64,000 nucleotides of DNA from an uncultured bacterium (GCA_938004065.1 CALKWM010000041.1:26889-90888); one strand, 5' to 3'. Numbered from the stretch's first letter, positions 1-10,337 are shown. Notes: a model not told the origin generated them from the sequence alone. Made by a program: numbers and translations.

Positions 1-1338
1 GCCTTTCTCGGAAAAAAAGACAATTGGTGGGGCCCGGCCGGTGAAACCGGCCCTTGTGGACCCGATTCCGAGATATTTTACTGGACTGATTTGTCAGAGC
101 CAGCTCCGGCCAAATTTGATCCCGAAGACAATCGCTGGGTGGAAATTTGGAACAATGTTTTCATGCAATACAACAAGACCAAAGAAGGAAAATTTATTCC
201 ATTGGAACAAAAAAATGTCGATACCGGTATGGGTTTTGAAAGAATGAGTATGGTAATGCAAAACAAAACAAACATTTTTGATACAGACCTATTCCAATCT
301 GTAATCGAAAGTATTGATAAACACACCAAAATAGATAACATCATTGCCAAAAGAATTCTCGCTGACCACATGCGCACCGCTATCTTTATCACCTCCGAAA
401 AAGTTGCCCCTTCCAATGTCGAGCAAGGTTATGTACTTCGCCGAATTTTCCGCCGAGCAATTCGCTACATGAAAAAACTGGAAATAAATGATGTGCAAGG
501 ATTGATAAGTGATTTGATCACCGCAGTTATCAAAAAATACGGTCAGTATTATCGAGAACTTAGTGACAATCAACAATTTATCACTGATGAACTCGTAGCA
601 GAATATGTCAAATTTGAAAAAACCCTGCAACATGGTATGAAAGAATTTGATAAAATGATTGAGCTACTAAAAACCAACAACCAAACTCAACTATCCGGTC
701 ACCCCGCATTCAAATTGTACGACACTTATGGTTTTCCAATTGAAATGACATGTGAGTTAGCCAAAGAACAAAATATTGATGTCGATCGAGAAGGATTTGA
801 TAAAGCTTTCGTCAAACATCAAGAATTGTCTAGAGTAGGGAGTGAGCAAAAATTTAAAGGTGGACTAGCCGATCACACCGAAATTACAACCGCCTATCAC
901 ACTATGACTCATTTATTGCATGCCGGCTTGCGTCACGTATTGGGAACACACGTCGAACAACGCGGTAGCAATATCACTGCCGATAGATTACGTTTCGATT
1001 TCTCTCATCCTGACAAAATGACACCTGAACAAATTGAAAATGTTGAAAACTGGATTAACAATGCGATTACCAATAATTTGATAGTACACAAAGAAGAAAT
1101 GTCCATCGAAGACGCTCTCGCTCAAGGAGCTATGGGAATATTTAAAGACAAATACGGCGACAAAGTTTCTGTTTACACTATATCCAATTCCAAAACCAAC
1201 GAAATATATTCCCGTGAAATCTGTGGCGGACCACATATCCAAGATGGTTCCGATCTGGGAACATTTAAAATACTCAAAGAAGAAAGCTCCTCCGCCGGCA
1301 TCCGCCGTATCAAAGCGGTGTTAGTAAATAAAAAATAA
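1..1338 (+). CDS. alaS: Alanine--tRNA ligase, 5'-truncated by window edge; ends after the editing domain (no C-Ala domain)
   Basis: Frame 1 is open from base 1: WWGPAGETGPCGPDSEI, EIWNNVFMQY, DTGMGFER, ADHMR, LYDTYGFP, HTMTHLLH, EICGGPH, GIRRIKAV*. Confidence 0.97.
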   Translation, partial: AFLGKKDNWWGPAGETGPCGPDSEIFYWTDLSEPAPAKFDPEDNRWVEIWNNVFMQYNKTKEGKFIPLEQKNVDTGMGFERMSMVMQNKTNIFDTDLFQSVIESIDKHTKIDNIIAKRILADHMRTAIFITSEKVAPSNVEQGYVLRRIFRRAIRYMKKLEINDVQGLISDLITAVIKKYGQYYRELSDNQQFITDELVAEYVKFEKTLQHGMKEFDKMIELLKTNNQTQLSGHPAFKLYDTYGFPIEMTCELAKEQNIDVDREGFDKAFVKHQELSRVGSEQKFKGGLADHTEITTAYHTMTHLLHAGLRHVLGTHVEQRGSNITADRLRFDFSHPDKMTPEQIENVENWINNAITNNLIVHKEEMSIEDALAQGAMGIFKDKYGDKVSVYTISNSKTNEIYSREICGGPHIQDGSDLGTFKILKEESSSAGIRRIKAVLVNKK

Positions 1339-1359
1339 ATAATTACATTCAATATTTCA

Positions 1360-1650
1360 CTTTCTTGCATATTGCTTATTGCATATTGCATATTGGTTAT
1401 TGATACTTTCTTGCTTCTTGCTTCTTGCTTATTGCATATTGGACATTGATCCTTTCTTCTTGATTCTTGTTTCTTTCTTCTTGATTCTTTATTCATTGGA
1501 TATTGGACATTGTTCCTTGCTACTTTCACTTGGATATTGGATATTGGTTATTGATACTTTCTTGCTTCTTGCTTATTGTTTATTGCATATTGGATATTTT
1601 TCATTCACTTGGATATTGATCCTTGATACTTTTTCCCTGCATATTCTTAC
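1360..1650. repeat. Degenerate heptamer tandem array (mostly NNNNTTG units)
   Basis: Units catattg/cttattg/gatattg/cttcttg/gttattg/gacattg repeated between the alaS stop and the next promoter. Confidence 0.85.
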
Positions 1651-1662
1651 CTAAAATATTTT

Positions 1663-1671
1663 TGCTATAAT
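1663..1671 (+). promoter_or_regulatory. Extended -10 promoter (TGnTATAAT) for the ftsA-like operon
   Basis: tgcTATAAT about 45 bp upstream of ATG 1718. Confidence 0.55.
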
Positions 1672-1717
1672 AAAGATTGGATATAATCTTTTATTTTAAA
1701 TTTACATATTTATCGAT

Positions 1718-2941
1718 ATGTCGATTCTGTCTCTTATCAAAGGCAAAAACAAAAACAACAATAGTTTCTTTGTTCTGGACATTGGTGATTTTAGTGTCAA
1801 ATGCTTGATTGTCAAATCCGACACGGGTAGAGAACATGTCAATATCGTAGGTTATGCTTCCGAAGAAATAAACCCGGGAGACGTTTTTCAGGGACAAATT
1901 GTCAATATTCATCCGGTTGTGGAAAAAACCGCAATTGCTATCGACAAAGCTGTTTACCAATCCGGCTTTAAACCGGAATACATCATCGCCGGCATAAATG
2001 GAACACAAGTCGTCAATCAAACCAATGAAATTATCCATACTCGCAAAAATCCCAAACAGAAAATTTCCTCATCGGAACTTTCTGAAATCCTGAATGCTTC
2101 TCAACAACAAATCAAAAAAGACATTTTACAACAAGGCAAATATTCAACTGAAATTGAACTAATCAATGCCTCGGTATTGGAAACCAAAATCGATGATGTG
2201 GCTATCAAAAACCCCCTGGATTTTATCGGACAAAATATCATATTCAAATTATTTAGCTCATTTGCGCCAAGCATCCAGATTAACGCCCTGCAAACAGTTG
2301 CCGACAATTTAAAATTAAATCTTATTACTACCGTTTATCAACCTTTTGCTTATTTCAAAACACTCAAAAACATCCATGAATGCATAGTTATTGATATTGG
2401 AGAAAATCTGACATCTATATTGATCGTCAAAAACAATGAGATAGTTGAAAGTCATACTTTGCCAATAGGTAGTTCGAAGTTTACTCGTAAACTGGCTGAC
2501 AATCTCGAAGTAAATGTAATCAAAGCCAACCAATACAAAATCGATTATGCCAATGATTTTCTTTCTGCCGATACCACCCGGGCAATACTCACTTTATTTT
2601 CCCAACCGATATCTAAATTCAATCAAAAAATACTAAATCATATCCGGAAAATAATCGTTAAAGGTTATCCCACAAAAATTTTGTTTACCGGAGGTGGAAG
2701 TTTGCTCCCGGGAATTATCGAAAATTTTACCAACGAATATCATAAAATTAACAAAAAAGACAATCAGATTGGCATAATTGATATAAACTATTTTGATGAT
2801 CTGATCGACCAAACTAATTGTATCCAAGACACTTCGGCCATGCCCGCTATCGCCATCGCCAAACTTGGAACACAATTTGGTGACTATGACAACACCATCT
2901 CCAATTTCATTAAAAAACTATATCAAACATTGAGAAACTAA
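1718..2941 (+). CDS. ftsA: FtsA-like actin-fold cell division protein
   Basis: N-terminal VLDIGDFSVK, second VIDIGENLT, late LFTGGGSLLPG actin-family motifs. Confidence 0.75.
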   Translation: MSILSLIKGKNKNNNSFFVLDIGDFSVKCLIVKSDTGREHVNIVGYASEEINPGDVFQGQIVNIHPVVEKTAIAIDKAVYQSGFKPEYIIAGINGTQVVNQTNEIIHTRKNPKQKISSSELSEILNASQQQIKKDILQQGKYSTEIELINASVLETKIDDVAIKNPLDFIGQNIIFKLFSSFAPSIQINALQTVADNLKLNLITTVYQPFAYFKTLKNIHECIVIDIGENLTSILIVKNNEIVESHTLPIGSSKFTRKLADNLEVNVIKANQYKIDYANDFLSADTTRAILTLFSQPISKFNQKILNHIRKIIVKGYPTKILFTGGGSLLPGIIENFTNEYHKINKKDNQIGIIDINYFDDLIDQTNCIQDTSAMPAIAIAKLGTQFGDYDNTISNFIKKLYQTLRN

Positions 2942-2969
2942 TATAAATTAATTATAAAAAACCAAAAAT

Positions 2970-4478
2970 ATGAGCAAAACAATTTTTCTCCAACCGGAGG
3001 ACAAATCACCAGAAGCGATCAAAAAAATCAATCACACCAAATCAAAAAGTATTGATCTGGCTATCCCGGAAACATCGGCAATCTTTAACGAAAAAGAGTT
3101 AAAAAATCTTTTTGAGTTTATCTCGAAAAAAAATATCAGCATAACTCTAATCTCCAATGACAATACCGGTCTGCAAATTGCTCAAAAAATCGGTTTACCG
3201 ATCAAATCAACCAATCCCCAAGTCACTATCAACTCCAAACCGTCCAACAAAATCAAAATCATCTACAAAAAAGGCAAGTCAAAAACAAAAGACATAGTAG
3301 TGAAAAAAAATACCAACACTTCACCCCAAAAGAAAGAGAAAGAAGTCAAAAAAGTCAAACCCAGTTTTTTAAGCCAACTTCTCTTTGGTTTTTTAACAAT
3401 TCTCAGTATCATCGTTATTATCACTGTTTTCCTAATCATCGTACCTACTACCAAAATTAGCATTACCACTCAGGTTGATAGTATTCCGGTGAATTATAGT
3501 TTCACGCTCGACACCGAACAGAAAAACGTTGATTTTATCAATGGTGTTATTCCGTCTCAATCCATAACTATTGATGAAGAACTAACTCAAGAATCCCGTG
3601 CTACCGGCGAAAAAAACGATGGCACTCCGGCATCAGGCACTATCACAGTTTACAATCAATCTCAGTCCGAATTACCGCTGGTTGGCAATACACGATTTTT
3701 GTCCACCGGCGGAGTTTTGTTTCGATCGACCAATGCCGTCAATGTTCCGGCCGGTGGCAGTGCCAATGTCACAGTAGTGGCTGATGAGGCCGGCAGTCAA
3801 GGCAATATTAGCCCGAGCAAATTTACTCTTCCCGCCCTTCCTGATTCCGGTTCTTATTTTTACGGTCAGTCATCCGCCAACATGACCGGAGGTGCGGACA
3901 ATATTATTTATTATCTATCAGACACGGATATCCATTACTCAACGGACGAAATTCGTCAAAGTCTATACAATATGGCCATTAATGATCTGATCAACAAACT
4001 CCCTGCCGGTCGTAAATACATTTCTCCCGACATACAAGACATTCAGATTGAAACCTCCACCGATGCCAAAGTCGGAGATCAAGTTGATACTTTCAATATC
4101 AAAGCCAAAACAACCGTTACTTTCATCGTTTACGATGACAAAGATCTCACTCAATTAACCACAAACAATCTCTCCAAACAGATTTCCAAAGAAAGAGTTT
4201 TTGTATCAAACGGTATTGACGATATGTCGGTTACGGTCAAAGAAATTGATGTTAATGATGGATTTGCCAAGCTCGATATCTCCACCAATGCTTTGAGTGC
4301 ACCACTATACAATACCGATATTATCAAGAGCGAAATATCCGGCAAATCCAAAGAACAAGTCAAGGAATATTTCCTCCAATATCCGGAAATTCAACAAATC
4401 GATATCGAATTCTGGCCGGATTGGGTTAAACGCGTTAGTAACATACCTTCCCGCATCTATATCGACATAGTCTGGTAA
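2970..4478 (+). CDS. Bitopic membrane protein with baseplate-J/gp47-like extracellular domain
   Basis: Basic N-domain, one TM (LLFGFLTILSIIVIITVFLIIV), ASGTITVYN...GTRF...VVADEAGSQGNI...MTGG pattern typical of baseplate-J-like domains. Confidence 0.6.
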   Translation: MSKTIFLQPEDKSPEAIKKINHTKSKSIDLAIPETSAIFNEKELKNLFEFISKKNISITLISNDNTGLQIAQKIGLPIKSTNPQVTINSKPSNKIKIIYKKGKSKTKDIVVKKNTNTSPQKKEKEVKKVKPSFLSQLLFGFLTILSIIVIITVFLIIVPTTKISITTQVDSIPVNYSFTLDTEQKNVDFINGVIPSQSITIDEELTQESRATGEKNDGTPASGTITVYNQSQSELPLVGNTRFLSTGGVLFRSTNAVNVPAGGSANVTVVADEAGSQGNISPSKFTLPALPDSGSYFYGQSSANMTGGADNIIYYLSDTDIHYSTDEIRQSLYNMAINDLINKLPAGRKYISPDIQDIQIETSTDAKVGDQVDTFNIKAKTTVTFIVYDDKDLTQLTTNNLSKQISKERVFVSNGIDDMSVTVKEIDVNDGFAKLDISTNALSAPLYNTDIIKSEISGKSKEQVKEYFLQYPEIQQIDIEFWPDWVKRVSNIPSRIYIDIVW

Positions 4479-4582
4479 AATTTTTAATCGATACCAACAT
4501 ATTCCCCGCAAGAATTTTTATCCATTTAACATATATGGACAAAATCACTTCGCGGGGAATAACCAATAATTACAAAAAACTC

Positions 4583-4960
4583 ATGACAAATATTTTAGCC
4601 ATTGATTACGGTTCTAAAAACATCGGTTTAGCCGGAAAAATAGGTGATGACAATCCTATTGTGCCTTATGATATTTTAGCCAACGATCAAAATACATTTA
4701 TCAATCTTGATAAAATTATCAATGAAAAAAATATCAATTTTATCCTAATCGGAATGCCATATTGTCTGAGTGGTAAATCCGGCCCACAAGCGGAAATCGT
4801 CCAAAAATTCGCTCAAAATATTGAGGATAAATTCAACCTCGAAATTGAATTTATCGACGAACGCTTAACATCAAAACTGTTTGATGATCAAATGCCAAAT
4901 TCCGACAGTATGGTTGCCTATCATTTATTGGATTCGTATCTAAAAAGGAGCAAAAAATGA
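4583..4960 (+). CDS. ruvX: YqgF/RuvX family nuclease
   Basis: ILAIDYGSKNIGLA, IGMP, IDERLTS, DSMVA motifs; start moved to ATG 4583. Confidence 0.9.
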   Translation: MTNILAIDYGSKNIGLAGKIGDDNPIVPYDILANDQNTFINLDKIINEKNINFILIGMPYCLSGKSGPQAEIVQKFAQNIEDKFNLEIEFIDERLTSKLFDDQMPNSDSMVAYHLLDSYLKRSKK

Positions 4961-5961
4961 CCAAAGAAAAAAAATCAAATTGTTTCAGTTGTTTGCTAAT
5001 TTTATTGATAATTGGGTTTTTAGCCGTTCTATCACCTATATATTACTTCTACACCAACTACAATTACACTTCAAAAAATGCAGTTCAAATTGACATCCAA
5101 GAGGGAGATGGCACCGATGACATTAGTCGAAAATTGGCCACCTCCAAAGTGGTCAAATCCGATCTTTTCTTTCAAATATACACATTTTACACCAATGATT
5201 ATCAACTTTTTCAACCCGGAAGTTATAACATCCCTGCCGGATCAACTATCGATGATACTATAAAAATTTTAACTACTATCAAAGAAACCGAGGTCAAATT
5301 GACTTTTCCGGAAGGGATGACCACCGATGAAATTTTCGATCTTGTTTCCGCCAACACATCTGTCAGCAAATCCGAATTATTAAAAGAATCATTAAAACAA
5401 TCATCCAATTTGCCATTTGATATTTCAAATTATCCCATCAATGACCATTTGGAAGGATTTATTTTCCCTGATACCTATATCTTCAATATTGACACCACCG
5501 CATCCGAAGTGGTTGAAAAAATTCTGGATAATTTCAACAAAAAATGGAATAGTCTGGAAAAAAACGAAACCGAGCTCTCAGATTATGATATATTAATATT
5601 GGCCTCAATTATTGAAAAAGAAGCCGCCAATGCGGATGAAAGTCAAATTATTTCCGGAATCCTGCATGATCGATTAAAATACAATATTTACCTTGGAGTC
5701 AATTCCACTATCAATTATATTTTGAACGAACCGGAAGCATTTTTTTCCAACGGCGAGAACAATATTGACTCACCATACAATACCTATCTAAATTACGGCC
5801 TGCCCCCAACGCCCATCTGCAATCCCGGTCTTTCCTCCATCAAAGCCGCTCTCAATCCCGAATTTACTGACTATGTATTTTATCTGCATACTCCGGATGG
5901 CCAGATAATTTACTCCGAAACTCTCGACGAACACAACCTCAACATCGCCAAATACTATTAA
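4957..5961 (+). CDS. mltG: Endolytic transglycosylase MltG
   Basis: N-terminal TM, TFPEG, LEGFIFPDTY, LASIIEKEA, SPYNTY..GLPPTPICNPG. Confidence 0.93.
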   Translation: MTKEKKSNCFSCLLILLIIGFLAVLSPIYYFYTNYNYTSKNAVQIDIQEGDGTDDISRKLATSKVVKSDLFFQIYTFYTNDYQLFQPGSYNIPAGSTIDDTIKILTTIKETEVKLTFPEGMTTDEIFDLVSANTSVSKSELLKESLKQSSNLPFDISNYPINDHLEGFIFPDTYIFNIDTTASEVVEKILDNFNKKWNSLEKNETELSDYDILILASIIEKEAANADESQIISGILHDRLKYNIYLGVNSTINYILNEPEAFFSNGENNIDSPYNTYLNYGLPPTPICNPGLSSIKAALNPEFTDYVFYLHTPDGQIIYSETLDEHNLNIAKYY

Positions 5962-6070
5962 TTTATATCCGATACATTTTTAATTCAAAAAATTTTGTTG
6001 ATAATTATTCATAATTTTTCCCGTTTGAAAAGTTTGAATATGTTTGAACAAGTTTGCTAAGTTTATTATA

Positions 6071-7120
6071 ATGCTTTCCAATTTTCTCGGACTATTTTCG
6101 CATGATATCGGCATTGATTTGGGTACTGCCAATACCCTGGTTTTTGTTCGTGGCAAAGGGATTATCATCAACGAACCATCTGTTGTTGCCATCAACAATC
6201 GTACCAACCAGATACTGGCCATTGGGCAAGAAGCCAAAAGAATGGTTGGACGCACTCCCGGACACATAGTTGCTACCAGACCGTTGATTGATGGTGTCGT
6301 TTCAGACTTTGAAATCACTGAACAGATGCTCCGTTACTTTATCGAAAAAGTCCATCGCGAAACATTTACCATCCTGCCTCGTCCTCGCGTTGTTATCGGT
6401 GTACCGTACGGAGTTACCGAAGTTGAAAAAAGGGCCGCCCAAGAAGCTGCCATCAACGCCGGCGCACGCGAAGTTTACTTGATAGAAGAACCAATGGCCG
6501 CCGCTATCGGTGCCAGATTGCCTGTCCAGGAAGCCACCGGTTGTATGATTGTCGATATCGGTGGTGGTACCAGTGAAATCGCCGTTATCTCCCTCGGAGG
6601 TATAGTTGTGTCCAAATCATTACGTATTGCCGGTGATGAATTAAACCAAGACATCATCAACTATGCCCGCGATAAATTCAATCTGCTTATCGGTGAAAGA
6701 ACGGCTGAGGAAATCAAAATACAGATAGGCAACGTTTTCCATCATACTGAGGTTGAAGAGTATATCATGCGTGGCCGTGACCTGGTTACCGGCTTACCCA
6801 AAGCGATAACGGTAAATTCCAAAGAAATTCAGGAAGCTCTCTCCAAATCCATTACACACATTGTCGATTCCATTAATTACATCATCGAAGAAACTCCCCC
6901 CGAACTTCTGGCCGACATTATGCAACGTGGCATATGGTTGGCCGGTGGCGGAGCTTTATTGACCGGCCTAGATCAGCTCATCGCTAAAACAACATCGATT
7001 CCAACCCATGTTGTTGACGATCCGTTAACCGCTGTCTCGCGTGGCACCGGTTATGTTCTCGAAGAACTCGAACAATTAAAATCGGTATTGGTGGATACCG
7101 ATATTAGTCCTAGTCTGTAA
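6071..7120 (+). CDS. mreB: Rod shape-determining protein MreB
   Basis: DIGIDLGTANT, EPSVVA, EEPMAAAIGA, VDIGGGT, LAGGGALL. Confidence 0.97.
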   Translation: MLSNFLGLFSHDIGIDLGTANTLVFVRGKGIIINEPSVVAINNRTNQILAIGQEAKRMVGRTPGHIVATRPLIDGVVSDFEITEQMLRYFIEKVHRETFTILPRPRVVIGVPYGVTEVEKRAAQEAAINAGAREVYLIEEPMAAAIGARLPVQEATGCMIVDIGGGTSEIAVISLGGIVVSKSLRIAGDELNQDIINYARDKFNLLIGERTAEEIKIQIGNVFHHTEVEEYIMRGRDLVTGLPKAITVNSKEIQEALSKSITHIVDSINYIIEETPPELLADIMQRGIWLAGGGALLTGLDQLIAKTTSIPTHVVDDPLTAVSRGTGYVLEELEQLKSVLVDTDISPSL

Positions 7121-7127
7121 GAAGCTT

Positions 7128-7952
7128 ATGGCTTACAATTACGAAAAACTAAAGAAAAATCTCTCGCAAAAACGCCGTTTCCTCACTATAACCATTATCA
7201 GCTTGATGGTTATAATACTATTTTTTGGCAGAAATTTGATCTATGATTATAGCAATTATTTATTATCAATCGTATATAAACCATACAACGATATAGTTGG
7301 TGATAGTTACGATTTTTTTGATATGCTTCAAAATATAAATCAGCTTTACAATGAAAACACGATTTTGAAAGAAAAAAATGTAAAATTATTGCAAGAAAAC
7401 ACCAATCTGCAATATCTGATCGAAGAAAATACTGAGCTTAAGAAAAATCTTAACTATTCCAAAACCAATCCTGACCTCACATATCTAACTGCCAAAATTT
7501 ATGCCCAAGACCCATTAAATATTACCAATCTGATTTCGATTGACAAGGGTAGCACCAATGGTATAAAGATTGGTCAAAATGTAGTTTACAATGGTATTTA
7601 CCTGGGACAAATCATCGAAGTAAACAAATACACCTCACAAGTCAAGATGCTCACTGATCCCACTTTACAAATTGTGGCACAAATTCCCTCCGCCAACACC
7701 AATGGGATCGTTCATGGTCAGATTGGTTTCGGTATGATTATGCAGGACATACCACCGGATGCTACACTGGAAATTGGCCAACTGGTAACAACTTCAGCTA
7801 TTGATTACAATATGCCGGAAAATTTGTTAATTGGAGAGATCATCGAAATCGAACATACCGATCAAGACATATTCCAAAAAGTCATCGTCAAACCCTATTA
7901 CAATCCCAACGATTTAAAATTTGTTCTTGTTTATATCAATGATGAAAATTGA
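7128..7952 (+). CDS. mreC: Rod shape-determining protein MreC
   Basis: TM plus coiled coil (ENTELKK), IDKGSTNGIKIGQNVV, VTTS; follows mreB. Confidence 0.9.
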   Translation: MAYNYEKLKKNLSQKRRFLTITIISLMVIILFFGRNLIYDYSNYLLSIVYKPYNDIVGDSYDFFDMLQNINQLYNENTILKEKNVKLLQENTNLQYLIEENTELKKNLNYSKTNPDLTYLTAKIYAQDPLNITNLISIDKGSTNGIKIGQNVVYNGIYLGQIIEVNKYTSQVKMLTDPTLQIVAQIPSANTNGIVHGQIGFGMIMQDIPPDATLEIGQLVTTSAIDYNMPENLLIGEIIEIEHTDQDIFQKVIVKPYYNPNDLKFVLVYINDEN

Positions 7953-9990
7953 TCTCAAATCAGATCTGTTAAAAACCAAATTAGTTAACGAAAAATCATA
8001 CCAGCTTTTGAAATTGAATGGTATCACTTCCGTTTTTGATTTATTGCATTATTTTCCTTTACGCTACGAAGATTACTCCACCAAATTGACGACCAATCAA
8101 ATCAAACAAGCGGGTTTTTTCCACATTATCGCCACCGTTCAATCAATAAACACCAGGCGTTCTTTTCGTCGTGGTATTTCTATGGCCGAAGTAACCGTCA
8201 AAGACGATACCGGATTCTTTAAATTCACTTTTTTTAACAATCGATTTATTGCCAAAATTTTAAAAAAAGAACAAAAATATATATTTCTGTGCCAAGCTGG
8301 CATCACCAACTACGGACTACAAGTTACCAATCCACTTTTTTATTCATATCATCGAGATATAATCATCGAGAAAATCATTCCCATCTATTCGGAAACCAAA
8401 TCGATTAAATCCAATTGGTTTAAATTAAAGATTTCTAAAATTATCAACTCAAGCCACGATTTACCAGATTATTTACCTGATCACATCATCAAAGAATTAA
8501 AACTTTTACCGCTATCAGAAGCAATTTACAAAATTCATAAACCGTCCAATTTCCATGATATAAAACTGGCAACCAAAAGAATTTCTTTCAATGAAATTTT
8601 TCTCATGCAGTTAAGAAATTTTTACCGGCAAACAGGTTATCGTAAACAGCGCAGTCATCAGGTAAAATTCGATCTATCATATCTGAAAAAAGATTTAAAA
8701 AATATCTCATTTGATTTAACAAATTACCAAAAAAAATCACTTTGGGAAATTTTGCAAGATTTGGATCAAAAGACACCCATGAATCGACTGCTGGAAGGTG
8801 ATGTCGGTTCCGGTAAAACCGTTATTGCTGCCTTGGCCGCATCTCACAATACAAATAGTAAATTTCAAACGGTCATAGTAGCCCCAACAGAAATACTGGC
8901 CTTACAACATTATCAAAAATTCAGTGATTATCTTTCCCATCGCAACTATCAAATCGGAATTTTTACTCAATCAACCATTCAAATCAATCAAAACAAGATA
9001 AATAAAGAAAAATTTATCAGAGCTACTGGCAAGGGTTCGATAGATATTATCATCGCCACTCATGCTATCTGGCACAATCAGATAAAATTTAAAAATCTCA
9101 ACCTTGTTATCATCGATGAACAACATCGTTTTGGAGTCAAACAACGCAATCTGCTTTCATCCGATTCGCACTTTGTCCCACACACACTTACCATGTCAGC
9201 GACTCCGATTCCCCGTAGTCTGGCTCTATCGGTATACGGACATATCAAAATTTCTCAAATCAAATCATTGCCCCAAGGTCGAAAACCGATTATTACCAAA
9301 ATCATACATCCCAACTATCGTCAACAAACATACGATTTTGTAAATATGGAAATAAAAAAAGGCCGTCAGGCATTTGTTATATGTCCTTTGGTCGAAGAAT
9401 CGGAAAAAATTTCCGTCAAATCCGTCACGGATGAATACAAAAAACTTGGCAAAATTTTCCCTAAATTCAAAATTGCCCTTTTGCATGGTCAACTCAAAGA
9501 TAAAGAAAAAGAAGAAGTTATGAATCAATTCAATGCGGGAAAAATCGATATCATCGTCTCCACATCGGTCATCGAAGTTGGTATCGATGTTCCCAACGCC
9601 AATATCATCATTATCGAAGGATCGGAGAGATTTGGTTTATCTCAACTTCATCAATTCCGCGGCCGGGTCGGCCGCGGTGAACATCAATCATACTGCTTTT
9701 TGTTTACCGATTTACCAAACCCCAAAGTCATCGCCCGCTTACGTGTTCTGGTCAAAACCAACGACGGTTTCAAGATTGCCGAAGCCGATCTCAAGCTCCG
9801 CGGTCCGGGAGATATGTCCGGATTTCGCCAATCCGGTTTACCCGACCTCAAAATGGCTAGTCTCTCTGACCAAAAATTAATTGAATTATCACTAAAATCT
9901 GTCAAAGATTTACTAAAAAAAGATCCGGTTTTATCTCATCACCCCAACCTCCTCGCCAAAATCTCCTCAACATCAAATTTTTTAAATTAA
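7939..9990 (+). CDS. recG: ATP-dependent DNA helicase RecG
   Basis: DLLHYFPLRYED, RLLEGDVGSGKT, IDEQHRFGV, MSATPIPRSL, QLHQFRGRVGRG, DLKLRGPG. Confidence 0.97.
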   Translation: MMKIDLKSDLLKTKLVNEKSYQLLKLNGITSVFDLLHYFPLRYEDYSTKLTTNQIKQAGFFHIIATVQSINTRRSFRRGISMAEVTVKDDTGFFKFTFFNNRFIAKILKKEQKYIFLCQAGITNYGLQVTNPLFYSYHRDIIIEKIIPIYSETKSIKSNWFKLKISKIINSSHDLPDYLPDHIIKELKLLPLSEAIYKIHKPSNFHDIKLATKRISFNEIFLMQLRNFYRQTGYRKQRSHQVKFDLSYLKKDLKNISFDLTNYQKKSLWEILQDLDQKTPMNRLLEGDVGSGKTVIAALAASHNTNSKFQTVIVAPTEILALQHYQKFSDYLSHRNYQIGIFTQSTIQINQNKINKEKFIRATGKGSIDIIIATHAIWHNQIKFKNLNLVIIDEQHRFGVKQRNLLSSDSHFVPHTLTMSATPIPRSLALSVYGHIKISQIKSLPQGRKPIITKIIHPNYRQQTYDFVNMEIKKGRQAFVICPLVEESEKISVKSVTDEYKKLGKIFPKFKIALLHGQLKDKEKEEVMNQFNAGKIDIIVSTSVIEVGIDVPNANIIIIEGSERFGLSQLHQFRGRVGRGEHQSYCFLFTDLPNPKVIARLRVLVKTNDGFKIAEADLKLRGPGDMSGFRQSGLPDLKMASLSDQKLIELSLKSVKDLLKKDPVLSHHPNLLAKISSTSNFLN

Positions 9991-9993
9991 ATA

Positions 9994-10140
9994 TGTCATC
10001 CTTAAACCTGATCCGCCTTGCCTGCCCGCCTTGGGTGGGGGCGGACAAGCGATTCAGGATCTCCAAATCTCGAATCCAAAGCGTCATCGTATTTGTTTGA
10101 GTCTTGTCCGCCGAAGTTTTTAGGAGGCAGGGGGATCCAG
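9994..10140. repeat. Two GTCATC...GGATC palindromic (REP-like) elements with nested CCTGCCCGCC-type hairpins
   Basis: tgtcatcc...gattcaggatctc (9994-10063) and gtcatc...ggggatccag (10083-10140); core ttgcctgYccgccttgggtggg also at 13767-13788. Confidence 0.7.
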
Positions 10141-10201
10141 AAAAAAATTTCTTTTTTTTAAAAACTTTTTACTTCAATATGTTTAATATGTTTGATATTT
10201 G

Positions 10202-10337
10202 ATGAGTAGTGCTAATTAATTTTCTTATCTGTCATCCTCGAGTCGAAAGCGAGGGACGAGCGATTAGACAACTTGTCCGGCGAATGCTGGATCGGGGATC
10301 CATACCATATTTCTTATTTTTATTTAGCACTACTCAT
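10202..10337. mobile_element. MITE copy 1 (14-bp perfect TIR, flanking direct repeat)
   Basis: ATGAGTAGTGCTAA (10202-10215) / TTAGCACTACTCAT (10324-10337); TATTTG(AT) on both sides; related copy at 20460. Confidence 0.8.

Noticed and set aside
1360-1650. CRISPR array
   Set aside because: Period is 7 bp with no constant 23-47 bp repeat or unique spacers; no cas genes in the window.
1173-1654. ORFs 1173..1529 (-) and 1379..1654 (+)
   Set aside because: Translations of the heptamer array; low complexity with no protein features.
2970-4478. Prophage or contractile tail locus
   Set aside because: Only one baseplate-like domain, membrane-anchored among cell-envelope genes; no other phage genes.
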